This document shows, piece by piece, positions 39,607 to 53,370 of a stretch of DNA of 64,000 bases. This DNA is from Octopus sinensis (Eukaryota). Below the pieces are notes generated by a model. It was not told the origin of the DNA, ran no database searches, and saw nothing but the letters and a program-made list of their open reading frames with translations. The position numbers and the translations under genes were made by a program. The number at the start of each line of letters is the position of its first letter. Position 1 is the first letter of the stretch. Location of the stretch: NCBI RefSeq assembly GCF_006345805.1, contig NC_042999.1, forward strand, positions 104,532,001 to 104,596,000, written 5' to 3'.

Positions 39607-40205
39607 AAAACAATAATAAATCTCTGAACAAGATATAAACAGTAACCGCTCGACAACGTAAGGGGTATCAGCCATCTGAATGTGGCTAGCCACTGGGGGT
39701 GGTGGTGTTACTGATGCTTTTAGCCCCAGGCGTTCAACGTCACCAGAAGGACTTTAGACACTATCTCAGTGTCCTTGTGTTACTTGCAAAGGGAGGTCAT
39801 CCTACCCCCCCAGTGGCTAGCCACATTCAGATGGCTGATACCACTTACGTTGTCGGGCGGTTACTGTTTATATCTCGTTCAGAGATTTATTATTGTTTTC
39901 GGACAGTTTTTCTACATCAGTGACAGTGGTTACTGTGAAAAACATTATATATTACTTGCGAGGGGACTCCTTCATCGAAGACCAGTGCCTACCATGCGTT
40001 GACGAGAGGCAATTACCTTGAAACTATAGTCCGTATGTAGTACTCGGGTCTTCGAGGGAGGATGACCTCCCTTTGCAAGTAACACAAGGACACTGAGATA
40101 GTGTCTAAAGTCCTTCTGGTGACGTTGATCGCCTGGGGCTAAAAGCATCAGTAACACCCGCCCCCAGTGGCTAGCCACATTCAGATGGCTGATACCCCTT
40201 ACGTT
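39607..40205. repeat. Nested inverted duplications (A B A' X B' a')
   Basis: 39607-39700 pairs with 39804-39899; 39656-39803 pairs with 40059-40205 with few mismatches. Confidence 0.92.
39993..40037 (+). ncRNA. Type-I hammerhead ribozyme, C3U variant, all three stems intact
   Basis: CATGCG-TTGACGA-GAGG CAATTA CCTT-GAAA-CTATAG-TC-CGTATG; GUC site; stem I extendable through TCGAAGACC/GGTCTTCGA. Confidence 0.7.
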
Positions 40206-40519
40206 ATATATAGACAGTAGTAGAGTAAAGGAATAACAACAAAAGCGAAAATGTTAATAATGATAATCCTTTTTTATTTTGGCACAAGGACAGCAGCTTT
40301 GAGGGCTGCGGAAGTCGATTACATCGACACCGGTGCACAAGTAGTACTTCTTTTATCGAAAGGCTAAAAGGCAAAGTCGACTACGGCGAAGTTTGAACTC
40401 AGAACATAGAGACAGACAAAATAGCGCTGAGCGTTCTGTCTGACGTGCGAACAATTCTGCCACTCACCGCCTGGATAACAACAACAACAAGAACAACAAG
40501 AACAACAACAACAATGTTA

Positions 40520-41070
40520 ATAATAAATGCCCTGATGCAGTACCAGGCAGTGGCTCTCATGGCTTCTGATCTTAACTGATTGGAAGTGTTATGTACATTG
40601 TTTTGTCTTGGTATAAAAGATGGGCTACAGCAAATATTCTGCTCAATACCACAGATCTGCTTGTTAGTTGTTTGACCATAACCAGTTGAGCATGTCTCTT
40701 AGTGGCTGACGATATGTGCATCTCTGATCACGAGCAGAAGTAGTGGGGTAGCATCATAGCCATGTGTTGAGAGGGATTCTTTGGGGTTTGAATAATTGAC
40801 CTCTGGAAACATGAGTGTTTCGTTCAACATCCTTAAACAACTCTTATTCAGGGACCTTTTGAGCGGGATGGGCTACTCGACCAGTAGAAGATTCTAACTG
40901 GGCCCCATCTGCAAGGTCATGTGCTGTTTATCTTGATATGAGATCACCATGTCGCACACATGGTTGTGATGCATGTGCCTGGTGTACCCTTATCAGGCGG
41001 GTAGTCATGATGGGTATACTGGGCTTCGTATATTTGTACCCCAGTGTCACTGCTCTCTCACTCAATGATG
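40520..41070 (-). mobile_element. Probable non-autonomous interspersed repeat of about 550 bp
   Basis: Higher-GC non-coding block bounded by (AAC)n and (AAT)n tracts, ending in an (ATT)-like tail on the minus strand; I recall similar sequence as a common octopus repeat, unverified. Confidence 0.45.
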
Positions 41071-41589
41071 ATGATGATAATAATGATAATAATATTAATA
41101 ATAACAATAATAATAATAATAATATAATATAATAATAATAATGATAATAATAATAATAACAACAATAATATCAATAATAATTTAATAATGATAAATCAAT
41201 CACCAGCAGTATGAGTTAAAGTTGCTAGCTTTGCATTCTAACAACACCAACTAGTAGATGGATGTAAAAATGTGCAAATTTCATGGTGTTCTTAATTGTC
41301 TGTCTACTAAACAGAGGAAACTGAACATTTAATCTATTAGTTTTCATCAGGTTTTACAAGTATTCTTCCCGCCATATTTAGGAATATCGGTTCTTTTCTG
41401 TGAGAAAGTTTTACAAATCTAAATGCAATAGAAAATGTTAATGGATTCTTTAATGTATAGTTAAAGGAAATTACTCATTAAACTTACTGAAATATGCGCT
41501 AAAAGTTCAATAAAATGCCGGAATACCCTAATTGATTTTATTGTGATGAAAATTATAATTAATGTGAGACCTGTGATTGTTTCCGTTCC

Positions 41590-43570
41590 GTTACGTTTTG
41601 GCTACATGGAGAAGTAACTGAAAGGCAATAGTGCAGGTAATTTTTAACTTCCAATCCACTTTGTTGTTTCGTTTTCATTTACAACAGAGTTGAAAAACTT
41701 GGATGCAATTGGAAATAAAGCATATCATATTCATTCTGCCACTTTTGAAAGAATTGTATTTCAGGGGCCAAAATCCTGTCATTGATTTCTCATCGAACAT
41801 ATCTTTTACTCCTGGATCATTTATCATCTCTAGAAATTTCTTTGAGAATCGTCGGTAATTTTTTCAAATGAAAATTTCAATGGATTTAGTGCGAAATCCA
41901 ATTCCTCATTTCTGAGTTCAGAAAAATATCGCCTCAAATCATTTTGTAGTGCTGTCAAGTACTACAAAAACTTCATTTTTTGCAAATCCTGGAATCACGT
42001 GGTCTTTATCCCGAACAACAAGAATTCATGAAAACTTCTCAAACATTGAATCCGTTTGGATTCTTTATTTTTCAGTTTGACAAAGAAGGCTTTCAAGGAA
42101 TCAATGAATTTTACATTTTTATTCCTTCTTTGCAACTAAAGATCCAGATTATTTCGTTACTCAAAGATATCAACCAAATATGCGCGATACATTCTATTCC
42201 GCATCATTCAGCTTGACAAAGTAGTGTATGTTACTCTGGAATTAAGAATAATAATCTGAACTCATTTTTAAGCTCAAATATACATTGCTACATTTCCTCT
42301 TGAAAGTGACCGAACAATAGTGTGGAAAACATGTGAATGATAAACTACATCTATATAAGTTGTAACCATTTGAAAAGTCATTTTGAGAGTACTTTCATTG
42401 AAAAATTTGATAATTTGAATCGTTTGATTCAAAATTTCTAGTCAAACTAGAAGTGTGTGTGAAGTCACAGACATTTGGTGAATGCCTTAATTCTAGAGTC
42501 ACATTTTTTTACTCACATTTGAATTTTATATTTTGTTCGTGTAAATACCAGGTCATTAGAACATCTTGCCACAGAAGCAGATTCTTGAAGTTTAATACCC
42601 GATCTTATTTGGAACAGTACTATTTAGTAGTGAAACTGCTTCAAGTTTTCTCTCCTCATTTTCTAACACAGTTTATTATATTTTGAAGAGGGCAAATTAG
42701 CAGAGTTAGGACAGTGAATGGAATGTCTTGCGATATTTGCTCTGATTCCCAGCGCCCTAGGCGATGTATTAGCTTATGTGTTCTAACGTCGGACTGAATG
42801 AGTTGCTATATTTGTCCAGGTCCTTTGCGTTCTGAGCTGAAATCCCGCCTAAACCTATATAGGTGATGATAAACTTAATATGCTTTCCAGTTTGACACAC
42901 TCAGTTGACAATTTAAGGTCTCCCTAAGCGGAATCCTGTCTGTTGCAAGTATTGTGTCCAAATTTTCAGTTTGAGAAAAATAATTTCCTCTCTGCCTCTC
43001 ACAAATCTTGGAGGTTCTGTAACGTGTCATGGGTACTGCTTTCAGATCTGGTTCTCTGTGCTGATAGTAATGTCCGCGACAACACTGATACCAAGTTGTA
43101 TCAGTGGCATTTCCTTTGGATAACATCGGTGACAGGGAGAGGGAGAGATTGCATGCATGACAACTGCTAGTCTTCCTCAAAATATCTTTCCCAGGCCTGC
43201 ATATACATGCGCAGATACATAAACAACCTCTGCCAACGGAAGCTCCATCTTTTCAATATTTTGAAAACTCAATGTTTGATCAGGGCCTATCCAATTGTAT
43301 GCATTTTTTTATTTGTGCTACGAGGGTGTTACAACAGAAGTTCAATAACGTTTTGTTTTATTTCTTGGAATAGCTGTTTTGAGGGCAGCTTCATCTTTCC
43401 ACGATGTTCAAAGGGACTCTTGTTCCTGTCCTTGCGTTGAAGATAAATATTTTGTAACTTAAAACTTTGTTGGCTTCATTGAGTCAGCTAAGCTTTGTTA
43501 CAACTAATACATTGAGTCTTTTCTTCTCTTCTGACAATGATAAATATGAATCCATATTGAAAATATTAAA
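41590..43570 (-). mobile_element. Decayed hAT transposase, Buster/Charlie type
   Basis: QYGF...QCISC...DSMKPTK (BED-like), LVAQIKKMHTIG, VRSLSRG, AYLVDIFE, FSTLL*MKTK (C-terminal dimerisation region); many stops and indels; no TIRs found. Confidence 0.85.
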
Positions 43571-44189
43571 CCTTGTTCTTTCTTTCTTTTGACTTAAAAA
43601 TACTAAAACAAGTATAGAATGTTTCCAGAAATATAAAGACGTAATATTTATAATTACTTTTAATTTAATCTGCGATATTCAATGAATTTTATTGATTAAA
43701 GGATATGCAAACTACAAAAGGATATACAAATTACAGTATCCAATATATCCTTACTGCTTCAGTATCATACTGTGTGACTAGAGTGAGATATAGATGCTAT
43801 TCTTAGCAGTTTATCGACCTTATAATAGCTTTCTTCCCAATTAGCATGAAAGTATATAAGACTGCTGTTGTGCAAATATGATGCGTTACTAGATTGTCAT
43901 TGTTTCTCCTGTCATTAACCACTTAGCCATAAAGTTTGAAGAGTTAACTAAGTGTAGAGTTTTATATTAGGAATTAAGGAACTATCCATTCTCAAACCCC
44001 CACCTACCAGAATTTATGTACGAGTACGCCAATATGTACGTTCGTGCACAACTATACGTGCATAAAATTCTGAGGCCAATAGTGTGAATCAACTCATTTC
44101 TAATAAATCTATTAGACTATTCAATATGATAACTTTTCTAAGCATTTTGAGGATCTTTATGGACCGCTCGCTGTTAACAATACAGCACC

Positions 44190-44925
44190 TTTCTAAAAGA
44201 TAAAAAAAAAACCACGTCGCGACTTTCTATGTCGATTGCTGGCTCTTGAACTTAACTTTTTAGACCTTGGGGAAGAAGTATAACGCCATTCCATGAACTT
44301 AGCATTTGTTTTCAGATTATAAAGATATGCCCAAGATTCATCTCTTGTCACTAGATAGGAAAAATACGTGTCTTCATCGACTTCAAAAGCTTCCAACAAA
44401 TCTGTACATACTTCTACTTTTCTCACCCACCGACCAGGTGTCACATGTGGCACATACTTCCTAATACCTAAATTCTTCCACCACCTTCTCTAATGCACTG
44501 TGACCACAGTACAGTTGTGCAACAAGCTCATGGAATGTGAATCATCTGTCTATGCAAATAATTTCATCCACTTGCTGGTGATTCGTGTCAATGGTCACAG
44601 TTGTGGATCTCCCGCTTCGTGGTATGTCTTCAATGCTGGTTTCCTTTTCTTTAAACTTCAGCTGCTGCCCATTGCCAACGACAATGCTGTCATCTTCGTA
44701 AACAGCCTATAGACATCTGTGAATGTCGGACAGCTTTCACCTCGCCTTCGTCAAAAGATGAATGATGGCACGCTGTTTCTGCTCGGAAGTCATTATTTGT
44801 CTGCAATGAGAAAAAACATGAAGAAGAGTTACGAGGAAGCATTGTTTCTGTTCACATGTGCCATTTGAACGACCTATGTCAGATAATATAGTTCTGCGTA
44901 TTTTTGCATAATCGTCGGTACAACC
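44190..44925 (-). mobile_element. Decayed mariner transposase, N-terminal two thirds
   Basis: MTSEQKQRAIIHLL, SIEDIPRSGRS, LVTRDESWAYLYN...EWRYTSSPRSKK; TIR-like GCGGGTTGTACCGACGATTATGC near 44925. Confidence 0.85.
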
Positions 44926-45278
44926 CGCATGCATGTGCGTGTTGTGTATGTGCATATGTGTGTGTGTGTGCGTGTGTGTTTGTATGTATGTGTGAATGAG
45001 CATTTGTGTGTGTGTGAGTATTTGTGCGTGTGTGTGGATGTGTGGTGAACAGGACTTATTTGCAGTCAAATGTGGTTTATAGCAATGCAAGAAATTCCTA
45101 TAAACTAAAGAACAAAATATCAAAAATGGAATAAATGTCAGAAAAATATAACAAACATGAAGAAAAAGAGTTACTGTAGGGAAACAGCGTCTATATCAAT
45201 ATGTGCAATTTGAAAGACCTATGTCTGTTAATAAAAAAGTTTTGCCCATCTTTGCTTTACTTATATATATATATATAT

Positions 45279-45337
<59 letters not shown>

Positions 45338-45906
45338 ATATTATATATATGTTTATTTATATGTATGTGTGTATATATATGTTCATATATATACATGTAT
45401 GTATGCATGTATGTAGGTATGTATGTATGCATGTATATATGCATTGTGAGTATGGCTTCTTTGCAGTTAAATGTGGTTTTTACAGCATTGCAAGAAATTG
45501 ATATAAACTAAATAACAAGAACTCAAAAATATAAAATAAATGTCAGAATAATATAACAGACAAAGCGGGTTTTGTTACTGCTTTAGGTTTTAATGTTTAA
45601 CGGTATTGATGGATGAGGTGACAAAGATTGATGGCGAAGCAGAAAGATAAATAGTTGGATGGAGAGATATTAAAATTAAGCTAAATTAAATTAACTATGA
45701 AATAACTGCAGACTGTGGTTTGTTCTGGATAATTTGTTATCGTTGAATTGTAAGCGCTTTCTGATTTTATAATCCACCATCAGACGTACATCGATAACTA
45801 GGAGCCAGACAGTGATATTGCTCGTAGAAGCTGTATATGTGCTTCCATGCATTTATTGTAATATATAATAAAATATATGATATATTATATGAATGGATCT
45901 ACGTAG

Positions 45907-46053
45907 ATTTCGACAGCGAGTGTTCAATTGCTGATCAACTGAATTTGCTGGTTATTGAATTAAGTGAAGTTTCGTTAGACACATGTACTCCTACGATAAT
46001 ACTCAGGACAAATCGACGTGAGACAGTGTGTGGCAAAACTGTAATTTTGAAGT
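45907..46053 (+). CDS. Candidate phase 1-1 internal exon (DFDSECSIADQL...RETVCGKTVILK)
   Basis: 147-nt open frame ending at the AGT|GTAAGT donor; acceptor weak; no family recognised. Confidence 0.2.
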
Positions 46054-46281
46054 GTAAGTACAATCTCTGTGAAATGCTTCCATACGGTTTCTATGTATTT
46101 TCATTCACAGAGTACGGATCATCTTGAGAGTAAAGAAAATTATATATATATATACCCAAGATGCCACATACTGGGATCGAACCAGTAATGTCGTGGTTGC
46201 GAAGCGAACTCCTTTACTATTCGACTATACTGTGATTATATATACATACATATATATACATGAATATATATACATGAATAT

Positions 46282-46326
<45 letters not shown>

Positions 46327-46900
46327 CACACAGAGAGACACACGCATACACACACACATTAAATACTACATATTCATAGATGCATATTATACACACAGAC
46401 ATACACCACACACACACACACACACACATGCACATGCACTTATATGCAAGTTTATATTTACAAACAAAACGTGCAGTCTGTACATGATATAAAGTATTTA
46501 TATATTGAGAATTAGTTTGTGATTCACTTCGTTTTTACTCAGAGTTTCCCATATTCAATGTATATTTCCGATCGGCCAGGTAATGGGATGTTTGAAGTCT
46601 TTGGCATTTACATACATGCACACATATTTACATACATGCATAGATTTATAATCATATATATTTATGCATACACATATTGACACGTAAACAAGCGTACACA
46701 CGTGTTCTCATACAAACACATATGTATTACATTTATGCATACACATACATATATAAGACAAATCATTTATAAATTGATTAGAATAATTATCATAGTCGTA
46801 AATACAGACGTGATTGCATACAAAACTATGCGCATGCGCACATGTGTTTATACGCATTCGTTATTTTAATAGAAAAAATTATGAAAGCGTGATATTTTGC

Positions 46901-46933
<33 letters not shown>

Positions 46934-48468
46934 AAACAAAACAAAACTAAAACTAAAAACAAAAACAAAATACAGTTAATATAAGCTTCAAAAACTCTTT
47001 AATACACATGAGTAACGCAGTTAATTGCTTTGAGAGGACAGAAACATTGAGAGCACTGAACAGTTCAGAGAATAAATAGCGAAGCAAAACAATGACTATG
47101 ATGTCTCTAGGGTCTGCAGCTATTATAAGTTGTGTCCGCTATTATTATTGTTGATCTTGTTATGATTGTTATGATTATTACAGTTGCTGTTGTTGAGGTC
47201 ATATATGTGTAGTAGTAGTAGTAGTAGTAGTAGTAGTGATAGTAGTGATGGTGATCATGAATGAGCGACTTTACTGTTTTTGTTTTCGTAGTTGTTCTTT
47301 AGTCCGAAGTCAACTCTCAGTGAGCTGATCTATGACCAAAACGGTTCCAGCCATGACCTACTCGTAATCTTTTTTCCAGGATCTTTTATGATAAAAAAAA
47401 TTTCTTCCCCTAGCCATCCGTCATTTTACAATGTGACATTCCAGTTTTTAAGACAGCGCAGTGTAATTAGAGGAAATTTGGCTGTTATTTCTAGAAAGTC
47501 AAACAACTAAATAAAGGCTTCCATACTGGTTCGTGATAATGGGGTATTGCTCTCAGTTGCAGAGATGTTGTTATTAATGTTGTTGCTGGTTTTTTTCTTC
47601 TGCTTTATGCGGTAACACTGTAGTGGTTATAGTATCAGTGACTTCATTTAAGTAAGATCAGAAGAATTCCAGTCATGAACATGCCGTCTCTCTTGTGGGA
47701 ATCTGGGGCTGTATTTATCTAATGTGTCCTTCACGCATTAAGGAAACATGCTGCAATTTGAAGGAAATTTGACTGGTATTTTCTAACTAGTTAAAGAACT
47801 ATGTTAAATGGCCAGGCATTTCGTCTCCAGTGGTTGTGTTAATTGTTTTGTAATTTAGACACAAAGTCAGTAATTTTGAGGAGACTAGATAAGACGATAC
47901 CACCAACCCCAGCACTTGACCGGTACTTGATTTTTATTGAACCTAGACGAATAAAATGGATGTTGATTTCTGCGAGGTTTGAACTCAGACCGTAAAGATC
48001 CGGAAGATCTATCTCAAAGCATTTTGTCCGAACGATTTAGCCAATGTACCTTATAGTGACAGTCAACAAAAATTACAAATAATACAGGTCTATCAGTGGT
48101 GCAGTCATGGTTACAGGAATTTGTAACCATTCAGATAAGAGTAATGTTTGAAGCAGACCATCGTTCAAATTACAAACTGCAGTGTCGTCTGTCACCGTTA
48201 ATAATATGCACTTCTCTGCCATTATATTATTACAAGTGTGAATAGTTAGATATCTAGTCATATGAGTTAATAGTCATATGAGTAAATAATGATCGGTTTA
48301 TTAATGTTATTTATTTTGTCATATTCTGAACGATGAAAAGCAATATCGGCCCCAAAGGAAAAATCTTTTTCGGTTAGCCTAACAGGAGAATATTACTTAT
48401 CAATAGTTAAAAGGGAAGTCACTTTCTCTTTCTCTGTTTCTGTCTCTGTCTGTTACTCTCCTCTCTCT

Positions 48469-48556
<88 letters not shown>

Positions 48557-48859
48557 ACACATACATACAAACATATATATATATATATATAACATATATA
48601 TATCTATACATATATACATAACACAGACATACACACATACACGGACACTTTCATACATATGCATACACTTGCATATTAAATATTAATAGCATTTTACTTT
48701 AATAGTCTATAGTACGAATGTTTAGGGGAAATGTGTTCTTAGTAAAATGAAGCTTTTGCTGATACATATAGTTACATTAATATTGTATAGAGGTGGAACA
48801 TGCGATATTTTTTCTGTTTGTCAGTTTGTGGTTTAGAGTTGGTTTCTGTGTAAGAGATT

Positions 48860-49430
48860 TTGTTCTTTATAATTACTTCAAGTGCATCATCGTTGTAAGA
48901 TTCTGCGTCGGTCTATATTTGTCTATCATCAGAAAGGCATGATAGTCTTTGGGAGTTGTTTGCGGATTGATTGTTTTCCTAGATTGGTTGGAATTAATGG
49001 GTATGTAGTTTAGTGAATTGTTAGGTTTGTAATATTGTTGGTATGGAGATTTTGTGAGATCCAAGTGCTAAAATGTTAGTTTCAGCGAGGTTTTGTTATT
49101 GTGTAGCCCCAAGCTTTTAAAGAAATTGCACATGTTCTTCGGGAACTTTTTAGTATGTTACGAATTGCAGTTACAAAGGATTAGGAGTCAGTCATGCCTA
49201 TATGTGTCCGTCAACCAATGAAAATGTGTTTTTCATATTGTGCAGGGATAAACCCGAAGTGGTCGTTAACCAAAGCTAATTCGTTAGCTTCCATGACAAT
49301 GTTAAAGGACGTGTTTATTTATTCAGATCGATTTGTTGTAGTCGATAAAGTTTTCCGGGCTTATAAAATATGCAATTGTAGCAACATCAAACGCATTGTC
49401 GAGTGAACCTAATTACAAATGTCTAACGAA
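48860..49430 (-). mobile_element. Penelope-like RT remnant
   Basis: LDLTKSPYQQYYKPNNSLNYIPINSNQ resembles the PLE motif FLD...Y.PY.KPN...YI...SNHP. Confidence 0.7.
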
Positions 49431-51480
49431 ACTTTTGTGTGCAAAACAAAATCGTAAGTACAGGCTTCATTATATACCAAATATATAGAGCACACTCATT
49501 TAATTAGAACTAGAGCTAGAATTACCTCCAATTTTCATAGTCCCTCTACTTGGATGTTTCTTTGATAGTGGGGCAACTGAGTATATTACTCTGGTTTTCT
49601 AAACCTTTCCCTCTCATTATATTTATTTAATCAAATTCTGTTATGCATACTGATATTACTCTTACACATCTTGAAGAGATGATTGGTAAAACTTTTATTA
49701 ATATTGTATGGATTTACATAATTTTTAATTTGTATAATCTAGCCGGTTAATTAATGTAACAATTCAATTAATTATCGTAATTAATTCCATTGTTTATCGT
49801 AACTGATTAATAAATGTAATACCGTGATCTTCACCCCGTTGTTTGCTTAATTTCATACTCTGTGACGGATGCTCCTATAATATGATGCACCTCATAATTG
49901 GTACAGTTCCTTGCATTTACAGTTTCTATGGCATGTTTTTCCTAATCTAACTGAATACTGATTCTAATTTCCCTTCTCTTAGCCTGGATTTCGCATGGAG
50001 TGCTGACTGAGGCACTTGTTTAGATATCTTAAACGCCGATATAAGAAGATGAGTATGAAGATACATACCTAGATGCATACATTCACACTTATGCATACAT
50101 ATACTCATATTATGAGAGATTTTTGGGAAAGTACGTATGTGTGAGCGTGAGAGTGATTAAAGGAAGACTGAAAAAGAAGAAAAAACAGAGTTTGATGTGA
50201 CAAATTTAGTACGTTTCTGAACTTAACACCAATATTCCGACTAAACTAATATTTTTACTCTATTTACATCTTTTCATGACTCATCCCTGTTTTACCCCTA
50301 GCGGACCTCGAACTTGGGGTATTTTTGTGTTTGTGTTATTCTGGAGTGGATCTAGATCTTCCTACAAAATTTTGGTAAAGCTTCGTCGACAAATGGGATG
50401 GTACAAGATAGAGACAAACAACCATATATTGTCCGTTAACCATATTCACATGCTTGATTTCTAAAGCTTTATTGTGCTGCTTTTAGCCAGCACCAGTTTG
50501 AAAAAATCACGGTATAAATCATAGCTTCAGTGTTTATATTACTGATTCTCAGATATGTTTATCACCAGTCAGGAATATTACTCAATGCATAAGGTATGAA
50601 ACTAAGTGCAGTAAAGCAACTAGACCAATTCATTTTCATTTGAAAACAGTTCAACAGCTTTTAAATGTGATATGGCAGCATATAATATAATAAGATATAA
50701 GGCTATAACAAAACAAATGAAACTGCAGGAAACTTGTACAGATTTATCAGATGTTATACAAGACGTAGCCATTAGAAAAAATGTCAACAAAGGAATGAAA
50801 TAATTATCTTTCCGTTGCTTCGTTACAAATCCAATGTCAGATTTTCTATATGATGTATTCTCCCCAAAGCGCTACTTAGTCTCCAATGCCATGAATAAAT
50901 GTTTTCTGATTGAAAGCAGAGTTTCCCTTAAGGAAAGTCAGTCGGAAGTTTAGCTTTCAAGTCATTAGTGAATTAGTTTCAGCACAAAATTTCACCGGTT
51001 TACGTGGAAACCGCTTCGAGATAGATTTAAATGCTATTCCTTGTCTTACTAATTCCTCATCCTACGTGCGACAGTTTCTAATGGCCAAATGTATATAGAT
51101 GATTCTTTGTTGAATTTATAGCTTTGAAATGTCCGTCTAAGATGAAAGAAAAACGTATAGAAGCATGCATTTCCCTTTCTTCTTTTACTACTCCCCAATC
51201 TGGCCTCCGAGACTCACTCATTCAATCAATCGTTCGCCCTCTTTCATACTAACTATTCATTAATAAAAATATGGATGTTCAAACATATGCTTTTCGCTCT
51301 CTTTTTTCTTTTTCCTTACATTCTGTATTCATAATAATAGGTACAAATGCATACACCACCACTTCATTTATGCACATATGTACATATACATCCATACATC
51401 CATACATATATATGTCATAATATATATAAACATATATTATATATATGCATACATATATATATTATAATATATATTGATTT

Positions 51481-51521
<41 letters not shown>

Positions 51522-52102
51522 CATACATACATGCACACACACACATATATATATATACACAAATATATATACACATATTCATTCGTACCTCACCCCAACA
51601 CATATGTTGACTTGCAATACTTCAAAGGCAACATTATTGACATTCAGTCTAACGAATTTCGGAGGGCCTGCAAAGATCATGAGATCTACTCATTTCTCCA
51701 GACTTAGCAAAATAGTACGCACGCACTCATGCACACACACACACACACACACACCACACACACACACACACATACACACTCTCTATCTCTCTCTCTCTCT
51801 CTCACACACAGACACACACAAGAAGAGACATATGTGCACACACACATACACGCATATACATATAAATATATGATGTATATGTACCCACATCTACATTTAC
51901 TATCGTTACAGTTTTATTCACTGTCCCACAATGTTGCGCTGCATTAGGTGTTACTACACCTAGTACTACACCTTACGCTTTCTTGTCATCGGCTCCTTTT
52001 ACACATGTCAGAGGTTCTTCAAGGAACCCACTTCTTGCTTTCGTTTGCCTGCAACTCATTCGTTAGTAACCTATCATTTTCAACTCTAAACATTGATATA
52101 TT

Positions 52103-52295
52103 CTTTTCTACTCTAGGTACAAGGCCCGAAGTTTTTGGGGAGGGGGCTAGTTGATTAGATCGACACCAGTACGAAACTGGTACTTAATTTATCGACCCAG
52201 AAAGGATGAAAGGCAAAGTCGACCTCAGCAGAATTTGAACTCAGAACGTAAAGACAAACGAAATACCGCTAAGCATTTATACCAGCTCGCCGTCT
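52103..52295 (-). mobile_element. Family M SINE variant with an alternative 3' tail and 18-bp TSD
   Basis: TCTAAACATTGATATATT at 52085-52102 and 52296-52313; same Meta-like body, tail CCCCCTCCCCAAAAACTTCGGGCCTTGTACC. Confidence 0.9.
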
Positions 52296-52499
52296 TCTAA
52301 ACATTGATATATTAATACCATAAATTACCACTACTTCTCGTACAATTATCAATGTTATTGATATCATTCTGTATCATTAAAAGATCTTAACTATTCAGAT
52401 CTCATTGTTATTATCGTTAGTGTTGCAGTCTAGCTCAGGAAATTCTTGAATAGATCTATGATTAAAAAAATCAGTCAGATACCATCACCGCGTCTTTTT

Positions 52500-52800
52500 C
52501 ACAACCATCAGAGTGCGAAGCGCTCTTCACGACCACAGGTCCGTGAAATAGTTTTCTAGGAACCGGAAAGAGAAGTATTAACACGAAATATGGATGTGTG
52601 CACCGGATTCGTAAAACGGAAGTGAAGAATAAAAACGCAATGCGCATGTGACATCTTTCTTTATCTCGCTGTTCTAATTATGCAGATAACACCATCTATA
52701 TCCGTTTTGTCAATTTGAGTGAATCAGTAAAACGAAAGAACTGTTTATGTTGACAAACTACACTGCAGCCTATCGGAAATGCTAAAGTGACGTCAGAAAA
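52500..52800. promoter_or_regulatory. Candidate housekeeping-type promoter
   Basis: Local CpG enrichment with CGGAAGTG (ETS-type, 52617), TGCGCATG (NRF1-like, 52641) and palindromic TGACGTCA (CRE, 52788). Confidence 0.4.
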
Positions 52801-52949
52801 TAACCCGAAAATTAAAAGTTATACAAAGTGAAAATACTATTTTCATATAAAGAAAGAAAAGGAAATATCTTAAATTAAAGATTCACGAAAAAAAAAAGAC
52901 TCAGCTGTCCTCTGAACTACAGAAGCAACTTCTTAATAAGTGTATATCA

Positions 52950-53172
52950 CTCTTTTAACTCTTTTACTTGCTTCAGTCATTTGACTGTGGTCATGCTGGA
53001 GCACCGCCTTTTAGACGAGCAAATCGACTCCACGACTTATTATTTGTAAGCCTAGTACTTATTCTATCGGCCACATTTGCCGAACCGCTAAGTTACGAGG
53101 ACGTAAACACACCAGCATCGGTTGTCAAGCGATGTTGGGGGGACAAACACAGACACACAAACATATACACAT

Positions 53173-53205
<33 letters not shown>

Positions 53206-53370
53206 CGACAGGCTTCTTTCAGTTTCCGTCTACCAAATCCACTCACAAGGCTTTTTGTCGGCCCGTGGCTATAGTAGAAGACACTTGCCCAAGGTGCCAC
53301 GCAATGGGACTGAACCCGGAACCATGTGGTTCGTAAGCAAGCTACTTACCACACAGCCACGCCTACGCCT
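52950..53370 (-). mobile_element. Family B SINE, near full length
   Basis: Homologous to 29165-29560. Confidence 0.9.
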
